From positions 16,929-80,928 of the forward strand of contig SHWZ01000002.1 in NCBI GenBank assembly GCA_009693575.1: 64,000 nt of DNA, written 5' to 3'. Source of the stretch: Flavobacteriaceae bacterium. GTDB taxonomy: Bacteria; Bacteroidota; Bacteroidia; UKL13-3. A model generated the notes under the pieces. The model ran no database searches, was not told where the DNA came from, and was given only the letters and a program-made list of their open reading frames with translations. The position numbers were made by a program, and so were the translations under genes. Every line of letters starts with the position of its first letter. Positions within the stretch are counted from its first letter, which is position 1. Of this stretch, positions 1-8,687 are shown in pieces.

Positions 1-315
1 GACCAACGAATTGAATGGGTAAAAAAAGTATTTGCCGAAGAGCCACGGGTGAGTGTGGACTGCTACGATGGACTCACAATTGAATTTTGCAAGAAGTTGA
101 ATGCAACAGCCGTGTTGAGAGGCACCCGCAATGTCGCTGACTTCGACTACGAGAAGAGCATAGCCCAAATAAACCGTAGCATGCAGCCCGAAATAGAAAC
201 AGTTTTTCTTGTTTGCGACCCTGCCCACTCAGCTATTAATAGTACGTGGGTGAGAGACATTATTAAGAACGGAGGGAATGCCTCCCAATTCCTTCCACCA
301 GAAATAGTATTTTAA
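1..315 (+). CDS. coaD: Pantetheine-phosphate adenylyltransferase, 5'-truncated by the window edge
   Basis: Frame is open from base 1 (DQRIEWVKKVF...). Motifs GLTIEFC, LRGTRNVADFDYEKSIAQIN and INSTWVRDIIKNGG match PPAT (RGLR..DF.YE, SS..V+E). Confidence 0.92.
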   Translation, partial: DQRIEWVKKVFAEEPRVSVDCYDGLTIEFCKKLNATAVLRGTRNVADFDYEKSIAQINRSMQPEIETVFLVCDPAHSAINSTWVRDIIKNGGNASQFLPPEIVF

Positions 316-425
316 TACAGTTATGGATCATGAGATTCCTTTCTATAATTTGTCAGAAATTCTACCAAATTGTATTTCTTTTCTAACGAAATGGATCGCA
401 CCTTTGCAGCGGTTTATTTATTTCA

Positions 426-1616
426 ATGAAAATTTTACAGTTATGTAGCAGAGTAGCATTCCCCCCGAGTGATGGTGGCACAGTGGCTATGTATAATATG
501 GCTAGAGACTTGATAGGTAAAGGGGTTGAATTAAATGTACTTGCCCTAAATCCTTTGAAACAACGCATCGACATCCAAAATATTCCTGAGGAGATTCGTA
601 TATGCCCGATTGAAGCTGTAGATGTGGATACTAATGTGACATTTGGAGGTGCTGTCAAAAACTTTATTTTGAACAAATCTTACGTTCTGAGCCGTTTTGA
701 TGTGCCTGACATGCATGCCAAACTGCAACAGAAACTACTGAAGGAAAAATACGATGTGGTACAACTAGAGGGGCTTCAGATGACCTCTTATATCAAAACG
801 ATTCGACTTTTCAGCAAGGCAAAGGTTGTTTTTAGGCCGCACAATGTGGAGCATCATATATGGAAGGGAAATGCTGACAATGAACAGAATCCAATCAAAC
901 GCTCGTACTTGAATAGCTTGGCTTTACAATTGAAACGGTACGAGCTCGAAGTACTAAAAAAGATAGACGCATTGGTAACTATCAGTCCCATAGATGCTGA
1001 TTTTTTTGCTGATGCAGGCTATCATGGCCCATCCCACACTGCTATCACAGGTATCGATTTGAAAGAATTTGTTCCTGACTCTTCAAACACTGAAATACCA
1101 TCTGTGTTTCATGTGGGAGCAATGGACTGGGAGCCAAACTTGAAAGGAATAGAATGGTTTTTGGGAAATGTGTGGCCTAAGGTGACACCACTTAATAGTG
1201 GAGCCAAGTTTTATCTAGCTGGAAAAAACATGCCTCAATCGTTGAAGGATATCTCGCTGCCAAACTATGTGAACCTTGGCGAAGTGCCGAACCTGCGTGA
1301 GTTCATGAACAGCAAGCAAATAATGGTTGTACCACTATTTTCAGGCAGCGGTATTCGGATAAAAATACTAGAGGGTATGGCATTAGGGAAAACCGTTGTC
1401 GCATCACCTCAGGCATTGCAAGGCATCAAATACAAAGGCGGCACAAACCTTTTCATAGCCCAAAGTAAGGAAGAGTTTGTGGAAAAGATTTTGCGTTGTA
1501 TTGGGGATGCAAAACTATGTGCCGAGGTGGGTGCAAATGCTAGAATATTGGCTGAAGAACAGTTTGATAAGGATAAAATAATAGCTAAGCTCCTTACTTT
1601 TTACAAATCGCTGTAA
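426..1616 (+). CDS. Glycosyltransferase family 4 (GT-B fold)
   Basis: N-terminal FPPSDGG, a HNVEH motif, and C-terminal VPLFSGSGIRIKILEGMALGKTVVAS (E-x7-E-like GT4 signature). Confidence 0.9.
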   Translation: MKILQLCSRVAFPPSDGGTVAMYNMARDLIGKGVELNVLALNPLKQRIDIQNIPEEIRICPIEAVDVDTNVTFGGAVKNFILNKSYVLSRFDVPDMHAKLQQKLLKEKYDVVQLEGLQMTSYIKTIRLFSKAKVVFRPHNVEHHIWKGNADNEQNPIKRSYLNSLALQLKRYELEVLKKIDALVTISPIDADFFADAGYHGPSHTAITGIDLKEFVPDSSNTEIPSVFHVGAMDWEPNLKGIEWFLGNVWPKVTPLNSGAKFYLAGKNMPQSLKDISLPNYVNLGEVPNLREFMNSKQIMVVPLFSGSGIRIKILEGMALGKTVVASPQALQGIKYKGGTNLFIAQSKEEFVEKILRCIGDAKLCAEVGANARILAEEQFDKDKIIAKLLTFYKSL

Positions 1617-1740
1617 AGGCAGCTAGGCAAGGCGGCCAAATTTAACTTTTCAAGGGTTGCATCATGCCTAAACATTTTATTTTACTGTCTTTCAGTTTAA
1701 TAAAAAATAATTGAGTTGGCCTATTTGCTTGGATAAATCC

Positions 1741-1748
1741 TAAATTTG
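1741..1748 (+). promoter_or_regulatory. Bacteroidota primary-sigma -7 box (TAnnTTTG)
   Basis: TAAATTTG lies 30 bp before the ATG at 1778. The same box precedes other starts: 7083 (queG), 29230 (cdd), 35760 (trxB), 42220, 49520 and 53220 (yihA). Confidence 0.6.
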
Positions 1749-1777
1749 CCATCCTTAATTATTAACCAATTATCATA

Positions 1778-4700
1778 ATGAAACTTTTCTTAAAACCCTT
1801 AGGGTTTGCAATTCCCTTGCTTGCCTTATTTGGCATGGCTAGTAGTTCATCGGCTCAGTATTGCACCCCCACTTACCAAACGGGTACTGGCAATGGCTAT
1901 TACATCACTGAGGTTAGGCTTGACTCACTGGCCGACAGCAATGGAGCTTCCTCGAGTCCTTACTTTGTGTACAACACGTCAAAAACTACCACCCTGCTTA
2001 TGGGTAAAACCTACACCATCACTATGGCTGCTGGGAGTTCAGGGAGTGGTGGCAACAACAGTGTTGACATTGGAGTTTTTATTGACCTGAATGGCGACCA
2101 AGACTTTGCCGATGCTGGCGAACGAATTGGTCAATTGGGCAACTTTGGTGCAGCCCCGAATACACAGTCAATGACTTTCACTTTGCCTTGTACTGCCAAG
2201 GCTGGCAAAACGAGGTTACGAGTGAGGCTTGGTGTCAATAGAAACAACATGGATCCATGTGCTCAGTTCAACAATGGAGAGGCTCAGGACTACAACGTGA
2301 CTCTTGATAATAACCTTTACAAGGTTAGCTACACAGAGGCTTCACAGGCCAATACACTGAATATTGCCAAAGGAGCTAAAAAACAGGAAATTATCGGGAT
2401 GAAAATATTTGTAAGTGGTTGCCCTGATACACTTACAGCTACTGATTTCTATATTAATAGCACCGGCACAACGGACACTGCTGAGATTGCCAATGCATAT
2501 GTATATTACACTGGAAATAGCCCCTATTTCGATACAACTAATCTTTTTGGCACTGCTGCAGCTTCAGGCTCACGAATGACCATTTCGGGCTCGCAAGATT
2601 TACTTGGTGATACCAACTATTTCTGGACTGGATATGACGTAACTACTGGTGCTACACTTGGCCACGTAATGGATGCTGGCTGGGATTCAGCTACGGTGGA
2701 TGGAGCTAACTTTAACCCTGCCACCAACAACCCTAGCGGGAACAGAAAAATTGACACATTGGCCGTAGTGACTTCGATAACAAGTACGCAATTGGACAGC
2801 ACTCCTGTAAACTCAGGCACCATCAATAATGTGATAATGGGTGTGGAGATAACGGTATCAAACGGGGCGGCACTCAACCTTGGCCAATTGAAATTTACTA
2901 CCACCGGAACTACCACTGCGAGTGACCTTACTCGAGCCAAAGTGTTTTTTACAGGGAGCAACAACTGGTTTGACACTACCTACCTGTTTGGAGCCACGGC
3001 CAACCCCAGCGGCACATTCACTGTGAACGGCAACCTTCAGCTAAGCCCAGGCACAAGTTACCTTTGGCTTGCTTACAACCTTTCGAACGGTGCTACTGTT
3101 GATAATGTAATAGACGCAACAATGACTGATGCAACACTTAATGGCAGTACATATACGCCTGTTATAGGCTCCCATTCAGCCAACAGACTTATTATGGGTA
3201 ACTACTGCACACCAGTTCATGGCAATTGTGGCAATTCATTTATTCAAAGTTTTAGCTACGGCCTGTTGAGCAATACGAACAGTGGATGTTCGAACTATAG
3301 TGGGCCCGCTTATTTCAATTATCCTATTAGCTATTTCAATGCAACTTTTAATAAAGGAAATTCCTACGTTGCCACAGTGGTGAACTCAGGACAGAGTCAA
3401 ACCTTCTCGATGTGGATAGACTACAACCACAGTGGCACTTTTGACGCAGCCGAATGGACTCAACTACACACGGGTGGCAATTTGGCTGCAAATGCTAGCA
3501 TATCAAAACTTGTGACAATACCTTGCTCTGCTAAATCAGGTTGGACCAAAATGCGTATCCGCAGCCGCCAAAGTGGTGGCGGTGGTGGTGCAAACGGTTC
3601 GGGAGATGCCTGCACTACTTTCGGGAGTGGCGAGAGTGAAGATTACATCATATATATTGACAATAAAACTTTCCCATATATCAATGCCGCAACCGTAACT
3701 ACCCTTGATGTGGCTCCTGGATGGGCTAACCAGCAAGTGTTGATGATGCCTGTAATGGCAAGCAATTGCAATGGTAACGCAACAATAACAAAATTTAATC
3801 TAAAATCTACTGGGACGACGGATACTGCTGACCTGAAAGCTGCCAGAATTTATTATACAGGCACTTCGCGTACTTATGCTACTACGACCACTTTTGGTAC
3901 GTTGTCGAAGCCCGGGGCAAGTTTTGCTTTGACAGGCAGCCAAGTATTACAAAACGACACCAACTGGTTTTGGCTCGTTTACGATATTGACAGCAATGCC
4001 AAGAGTGGAAACTTTGTGGATGCTGAGTTTGTTGATTTTGTAGCTGGAGGGACTAATTATGCCTCCTGGACTCAAGCCCCTACTGGCAACAGGAAAATTG
4101 CCTCTTTGATGACGTTCAACAATGCGGTGACGGCAACTGCCTCCAACAACAACGTATGGTCACCATCAATTACCAATGCCATAGTGAAAGTAACAGTGAA
4201 CATGAGTTCTGGTGCTGCTGTCAATCTCACTTCAATTACTTTTAATACCAATGGCAGTACGAAGCCTTCAACGGATATACGAAACGGGAAACTTTGGTAC
4301 ACTACCAACAGCAACACCTTCGACACTACCTACCTAAAGTTTGGTAATACATTTGCCGCCCCCAATGGAAATTTCAGCTTTACCGGCACATTATCATTGA
4401 TTCCAGGTAATAATATTTTCTGGCTCACCTACGACATTCCTGCTACAGCTACTGCCAATGATTCAGTTGATGCTGAATGCCTCTATATGACCATAGATGG
4501 AATATCTGATACACCGACTATAACAGCCCCAGCCGGCAAACGCGTTATTCAAAATACATATTGTACACCTTCTCATCAACAAACTTGTGGGCAGAACCCA
4601 ACGGCCATTGGCAAAGTAGTTTTCAATACGTTGAGCAACAAAACTGGCTGCACAAGCAATACTACAAACAAATACAATGTATATCCTGCCTCTGGCAGCA

Positions 4701-6784
4701 CTACTACTACGGTGTATAGAGGCAGTCCTTACAAATTGAAGGTGACCACAGACTCATTGTCGGGCGGAACGCAGATATTGGCAGCATGGATTGACATGGA
4801 CGCCAGTGGCACCTTAGACAATTCGGAGTTTTTGTCTATTAATACTAACATTGGGGCAAATACCACCGATTCAATTATCGTGTACTTCCCTTGTTCAATT
4901 CCACTTGGCAATACCCTGATGCGAGTAAGGTCTAGGGGCTTTGGTGGAAGTATAACTGCTGGTGACGCCTGTACACAATTCGGTTCGGGCGAAAGCGAAG
5001 ACTATACAATAACTATAGCCAACAACCCTAGCACTGGATGGCTTGGTGCGAATAAACTGGCCTGCTCGGGTACAGCAGTGACACTTAATCCTGGAAACGG
5101 TTTTGTGAAATGGAAATGGTCGACTGGTGATACTACTTCCACTATAGATGTGACCCAGCAAGGCAAATATTATGTGACCGCAACTACCTCGGGTGGATGT
5201 GTGGGAACAGATACTGTAACTGTTGATACCTCTGCAATAACGCTCGACCTAGGTAGCGATATAGACGTTTGCAATGGCCAGAATGCTCAGCTATTTGCTT
5301 GCAACTGTTATACTAAATTCCTTTGGAACACAGGAGACACAAGTTACCTTACTACTGCTACCAACGAAGGCGATTACATACTCACAGTATGGAACACAAA
5401 AGGTTGTAAAACTTCTGACACCATTGCTGTAAACTGGTTATATGCTTCTGCAAACCTTGGTGCCGATAAGAATATTTGCCCTGGTGGAAACGTGACACTA
5501 GATGCAGGTGGTAATAGCAGTTCATATAAATGGAGCACAGGTGCCAATACCCAAACCATCAATGTGAACGTTGCTGGAACCTTTTCAGTAGAAACGCTTG
5601 ACCCAAACAATGGCTGCACAGGATATGACACCGTTGAAGTATTCATCAGGCCAGCTACTGTGAACCTAGGCAATGATACCACATTCTGTGAAGGCGGCTC
5701 AGTGACACTAGATGCAGGTAGCAGCAACATAGCATACACATGGAGCAATGGTGCTTCATCGCAAACCATTGCAGCCACCACCACCGACAACTACATAGTA
5801 GATGTAACCAACAATTATGGCTGCACCGCAACTGATAGCATCATGGTAACTGTCAGTCCTAAGCCGGTAATCAAACTGGGCAACGACACCACCATTTGCC
5901 AAGGCAGCAGTTTGCTGCTTGATGCTGGGTTTGGCAATACTACTTATCAATGGAATACCGGGGCTACCACACAGATGATTACCGTGAATATTAAGGCAAT
6001 CTATTCTGTATATTGCGTGAATCCTGCGGGCTGCACCAATAGGGATACTATCACAGTAAATGTATCATTAGCAAGCCTGAACCTAGGCCCCGACAAGGCA
6101 TGGTGCGAAGGCCATCCTGATACCATTAAGGCTAATCCCGGCTATGCTTTCTACAATTGGAGCAATGGCGAAACTAAGTCGTTCTTAATACCTACAACAC
6201 AGGGCATGTATGGCTGCACAGTGACCAACTCGGCAAATTGTTCGGCTTCTGATAGTATTTTCATTTCGGTGTTCCCTAAGGCAGTTGCTACATTTGGTAC
6301 CACCTATCTATCTATTGATAAAGTACAATTCACACCTACCAACACCACTCAGACCAGCTACTTCTGGGATTTGGGCGATGGAAATACAAGTATCAAAATT
6401 TCGCCATTGTATGTTTATACCACTCTTGGAGTGTACAAGGCCAAGTTGATAGTAACTACCATCAACGGATGCAAAGATTCTTCATCCATAACTATTTATG
6501 CCAACAGCATTGCCGAAGTACAAAGCGGTATCAAGATGGAAGTATACCCTAACCCATTTGGCAACGATGCAACCTTACTTATCGGGCTCGACAGAGGCGG
6601 CATGGGCAGCATTGACCTGTATGACCAAGTGGGCAAGCACATTAGCAACCTGCACACTGGAAACATGAATGCAGGACAAAGCAGCTTGACGTTGCCAGCT
6701 AACCTTCCAGCAGGTGTCTATCATATCCGCGTGAACATGAACGGCAACGTGAACTCTATTCGTGCAGTGAAACTGAATAACTAA
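1778..6784 (+). CDS. Giant T9SS-secreted surface protein: 3 GEVED domains, 4 BNR-associated-N-like domains, Ig-like repeats, PKD domain and T9SS C-terminal domain
   Basis: Signal peptide. Three YCTP...(R)LRVR/MRIR...GE(A/S)(Q/E)DY units. Four NYFW..YD / A.VYYTG....F.T units. Repeated C.G..v.LDAG....Y.WS.G units. PKD motif YFWDLGDG. C-terminal VYPNPF...LYDQVGK...GVYHIRV. Confidence 0.85.
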   Translation: MKLFLKPLGFAIPLLALFGMASSSSAQYCTPTYQTGTGNGYYITEVRLDSLADSNGASSSPYFVYNTSKTTTLLMGKTYTITMAAGSSGSGGNNSVDIGVFIDLNGDQDFADAGERIGQLGNFGAAPNTQSMTFTLPCTAKAGKTRLRVRLGVNRNNMDPCAQFNNGEAQDYNVTLDNNLYKVSYTEASQANTLNIAKGAKKQEIIGMKIFVSGCPDTLTATDFYINSTGTTDTAEIANAYVYYTGNSPYFDTTNLFGTAAASGSRMTISGSQDLLGDTNYFWTGYDVTTGATLGHVMDAGWDSATVDGANFNPATNNPSGNRKIDTLAVVTSITSTQLDSTPVNSGTINNVIMGVEITVSNGAALNLGQLKFTTTGTTTASDLTRAKVFFTGSNNWFDTTYLFGATANPSGTFTVNGNLQLSPGTSYLWLAYNLSNGATVDNVIDATMTDATLNGSTYTPVIGSHSANRLIMGNYCTPVHGNCGNSFIQSFSYGLLSNTNSGCSNYSGPAYFNYPISYFNATFNKGNSYVATVVNSGQSQTFSMWIDYNHSGTFDAAEWTQLHTGGNLAANASISKLVTIPCSAKSGWTKMRIRSRQSGGGGGANGSGDACTTFGSGESEDYIIYIDNKTFPYINAATVTTLDVAPGWANQQVLMMPVMASNCNGNATITKFNLKSTGTTDTADLKAARIYYTGTSRTYATTTTFGTLSKPGASFALTGSQVLQNDTNWFWLVYDIDSNAKSGNFVDAEFVDFVAGGTNYASWTQAPTGNRKIASLMTFNNAVTATASNNNVWSPSITNAIVKVTVNMSSGAAVNLTSITFNTNGSTKPSTDIRNGKLWYTTNSNTFDTTYLKFGNTFAAPNGNFSFTGTLSLIPGNNIFWLTYDIPATATANDSVDAECLYMTIDGISDTPTITAPAGKRVIQNTYCTPSHQQTCGQNPTAIGKVVFNTLSNKTGCTSNTTNKYNVYPASGSTTTTVYRGSPYKLKVTTDSLSGGTQILAAWIDMDASGTLDNSEFLSINTNIGANTTDSIIVYFPCSIPLGNTLMRVRSRGFGGSITAGDACTQFGSGESEDYTITIANNPSTGWLGANKLACSGTAVTLNPGNGFVKWKWSTGDTTSTIDVTQQGKYYVTATTSGGCVGTDTVTVDTSAITLDLGSDIDVCNGQNAQLFACNCYTKFLWNTGDTSYLTTATNEGDYILTVWNTKGCKTSDTIAVNWLYASANLGADKNICPGGNVTLDAGGNSSSYKWSTGANTQTINVNVAGTFSVETLDPNNGCTGYDTVEVFIRPATVNLGNDTTFCEGGSVTLDAGSSNIAYTWSNGASSQTIAATTTDNYIVDVTNNYGCTATDSIMVTVSPKPVIKLGNDTTICQGSSLLLDAGFGNTTYQWNTGATTQMITVNIKAIYSVYCVNPAGCTNRDTITVNVSLASLNLGPDKAWCEGHPDTIKANPGYAFYNWSNGETKSFLIPTTQGMYGCTVTNSANCSASDSIFISVFPKAVATFGTTYLSIDKVQFTPTNTTQTSYFWDLGDGNTSIKISPLYVYTTLGVYKAKLIVTTINGCKDSSSITIYANSIAEVQSGIKMEVYPNPFGNDATLLIGLDRGGMGSIDLYDQVGKHISNLHTGNMNAGQSSLTLPANLPAGVYHIRVNMNGNVNSIRAVKLNN

Positions 6785-6841
6785 CATAAGCCTGACGGGT
6801 GGAAACATCCGGCAGTACAGTGAATGCGATAACGATGTATT

Positions 6842-6876
6842 TACAGATGCCATCCCTCAAAGGGATGGCATCTGTA
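6842..6876 (+). terminator. Strong hairpin downstream of the T9SS protein gene (probable terminator)
   Basis: TACAGATGCCATCCCT-CAA-AGGGATGGCATCTGTA, a perfect 16-bp stem starting 58 bp after the stop codon. Confidence 0.65.
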
Positions 6877-6893
6877 TGAAACGACCTTTTTGA

Positions 6894-6921
6894 TGTAGTC
6901 AGGTGTTTCCACCTGACTGCA
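6894..6921. repeat. REP-like palindrome, GTCAGGT-N6-ACCTGAC family (copy 1)
   Basis: TGTAGTCAGGT-GTTTCC-ACCTGACTGCA. The same core occurs at 8591-8610 and 59099-59118. Confidence 0.65.
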
Positions 6922-7099
6922 CTAAGCCAGTGTGAATTTTGCAACATTTGTACAGAAAGCTGTAACAATTGAGAAGCCAAGAAATACGAAAATTGTGCTT
7001 GCATATATGCAATACTATAAGACACTCTATTTAAGATAGACCAACGTAGTTTTAATACCATTTCCTGCATTTTGTTTGCCAATACTTTTGCGGCAAGCA

Positions 7100-8020
7100 A
7101 TGGATTCCTCCAAATACAAAAGCCTGATAAAAGCAGAAGCCACAAGGCTTGGTTTCATTGGTTGCGGTGTGGCCAAGGCTCAGTTTTTGGAAAGCGAAGC
7201 ACCCCGCCTGGAAAGCTGGCTGAGCAACGGGATGCAAGGGCAGATGGGCTACATGGACAACTACTTCGACTTGCGGCTCGACCCAAGTAAACTAGTGCCT
7301 GGGGCTAAATCAGTCGTATCGCTTTTGTATAATTATTATACCGAAGAAAAGCAGCTTGCCGATGCCCCCAAAATTTCAAAATATGCCCGTGGGAGGGATT
7401 ACCACAAAGTAGTAAAAGCCAAACTCAAAAAGCTGCTGCAATTTATTCATTCAACCATTGGCGACGTGCAAGGCCGTGCCTTTGTGGATTCGGCCCCTGT
7501 GTTGGAGCGGGCTTGGGCGGTGCGTAGCGGACTTGGATGGGTAGGGAAAAATGCCCAAGTGATTTCGCCCAAGCAAGGCTCGTTTTTCTTTTTGGCCGAA
7601 TTGATTATAGATTTGGAACTGCCGCCCGACCCGCCTTTTGCCACCGACCACTGCGGCACCTGCACCGCCTGCATGGATGCCTGCCCTACGCAAGCCATTG
7701 TAAAACCCAATGTGGTGGATGGTAGCCGTTGTATCTCATACCTCACCATTGAATTGAAAGAGGCCATACCCCGTGCCTTCAAAGGCAAGATGGACGGCTG
7801 GGCATTTGGCTGTGATGTTTGCCAAGATGTTTGCCCCTGGAACCGCTTCTCAAATCCACATACCGAACCAGATTTTACCCGCCCCGAACTGTTACAAATG
7901 ACCAAAGCCGATTGGAATGAACTCACCGAAGAAGTGTTCGACAAGGTATTTGATGGCTCACCGCTGAAGCGACCAGATTATGATAATATTTTGAGAAACT
8001 TGCGGTTTTTGGAGGAGTAG
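7100..8020 (+). CDS. queG: Epoxyqueuosine reductase
   Basis: [21 protein letters not shown], 4Fe-4S motif [21 protein letters not shown] and [12 protein letters not shown]. Start placed at ATG 7100, after the TACTTTTG box. Confidence 0.95.
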   Translation: MDSSKYKSLIKAEATRLGFIGCGVAKAQFLESEAPRLESWLSNGMQGQMGYMDNYFDLRLDPSKLVPGAKSVVSLLYNYYTEEKQLADAPKISKYARGRDYHKVVKAKLKKLLQFIHSTIGDVQGRAFVDSAPVLERAWAVRSGLGWVGKNAQVISPKQGSFFFLAELIIDLELPPDPPFATDHCGTCTACMDACPTQAIVKPNVVDGSRCISYLTIELKEAIPRAFKGKMDGWAFGCDVCQDVCPWNRFSNPHTEPDFTRPELLQMTKADWNELTEEVFDKVFDGSPLKRPDYDNILRNLRFLEE

Positions 8021-8100
8021 GTGCTTCTATCCTAAGTCGAATCCTGATAGCTATCAGAACTACTTTTCATTGGGAAGTATCAAGTCATACTTCGGAAGAC
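8021..8100. repeat. ~80 bp dispersed structured repeat (copy A), with GATAGCTATC palindrome core
   Basis: Colinear match to 61772-61851: GTGCTTCTA..GTCGAATCCyGATAGCTATCrGrACTAC..TTCAT..GG..AGT..CAAGTC......CGGAAGAC. Confidence 0.8.
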
Positions 8101-8108
8101 ATGTAACA

Positions 8109-8184
8109 GCATTGTTGGTCAGGAGACCAATAATGGCTTAGACATGCAGCGGCATTGTTGGTCAGGAGACCAACAATGGCTTAG
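8109..8184. repeat. Tandem duplication of a 33-bp hairpin unit
   Basis: GCATTGTTGGTCAGGAGACCAA(T/C)AATGGCTTAG occurs at 8109 and 8152 (43-bp period). Internal stem CATTGTTGGTC-AGGA-GACCAACAATG. Confidence 0.85.
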
Positions 8185-8208
8185 GAAACCTACGATGGCT
8201 TAGCTACC

Positions 8209-8502
8209 GACTACAACAGTACCGATACCCCTGGCAACAAGCTCGATAGCCATTGCAATCGACAAGATCCTAATTGCATGCCGACAGATACCAATTGTAA
8301 TGGAAACGATGCTGACTTCAAGTTGGTAGCCCTCGATGATAGCAACATCGGTGGTGACTTCAACAGGCCTCTTGCCAATTGCAAGCTGTACGATACTAAT
8401 GGCAACAACATCGGTGTCGATTGCAGCAGGTTTGGTGCCGATTGCAGTAAGATTGGCTTCGATTCAGGTAAGGTTCATACCAATTGCAGCGTTGAAATCA
8501 AT
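8209..8502. repeat. Degenerate 21-bp (heptad-codon) tandem repeat
   Basis: (A/G/C)ATTGC-like words occur at 8251, 8272, 8293, 8377, 8419, 8440 and 8482, all multiples of 21 bp apart. CAACATCGGTG occurs at 8343 and 8406 (63 bp apart). Confidence 0.75.
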
Positions 8503-8583
8503 ACAGATGATGCTAAAATGATGAGTATGGTAATAGCACCCCTTATAGTTACCATAGCAAAAGCAAGCATAATTAGTACAATC

Positions 8584-8617
8584 AGGTAGTGTCAGGTTTA
8601 AACACCTGACACTACCT
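8584..8617. repeat. REP-like palindrome, GTCAGGT-N6-ACCTGAC family (copy 2)
   Basis: AGGTAGTGTCAGGT-TTAAAC-ACCTGACACTACCT, a perfect 14-bp stem. Confidence 0.75.
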
Positions 8618-8687
8618 AAACAGCACTGTTCCTTTCCCGTTCATAACTCCCCTTTAGCTTAAAAAGGCCAAGCCCGTATTTTGCGGC

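Noticed and set aside
8109-8184. Possible mini CRISPR array
   Set aside because: Only two repeats with a 10-bp gap, too short for a spacer; no cas genes or leader in the window.
8278-8589. 103-aa Cys/Asp-rich ORF as a confident CDS
   Set aside because: No recognisable family, the frame is open upstream without a start, and it may be a by-product of the 21-bp repeat; reported only as a repeat finding.
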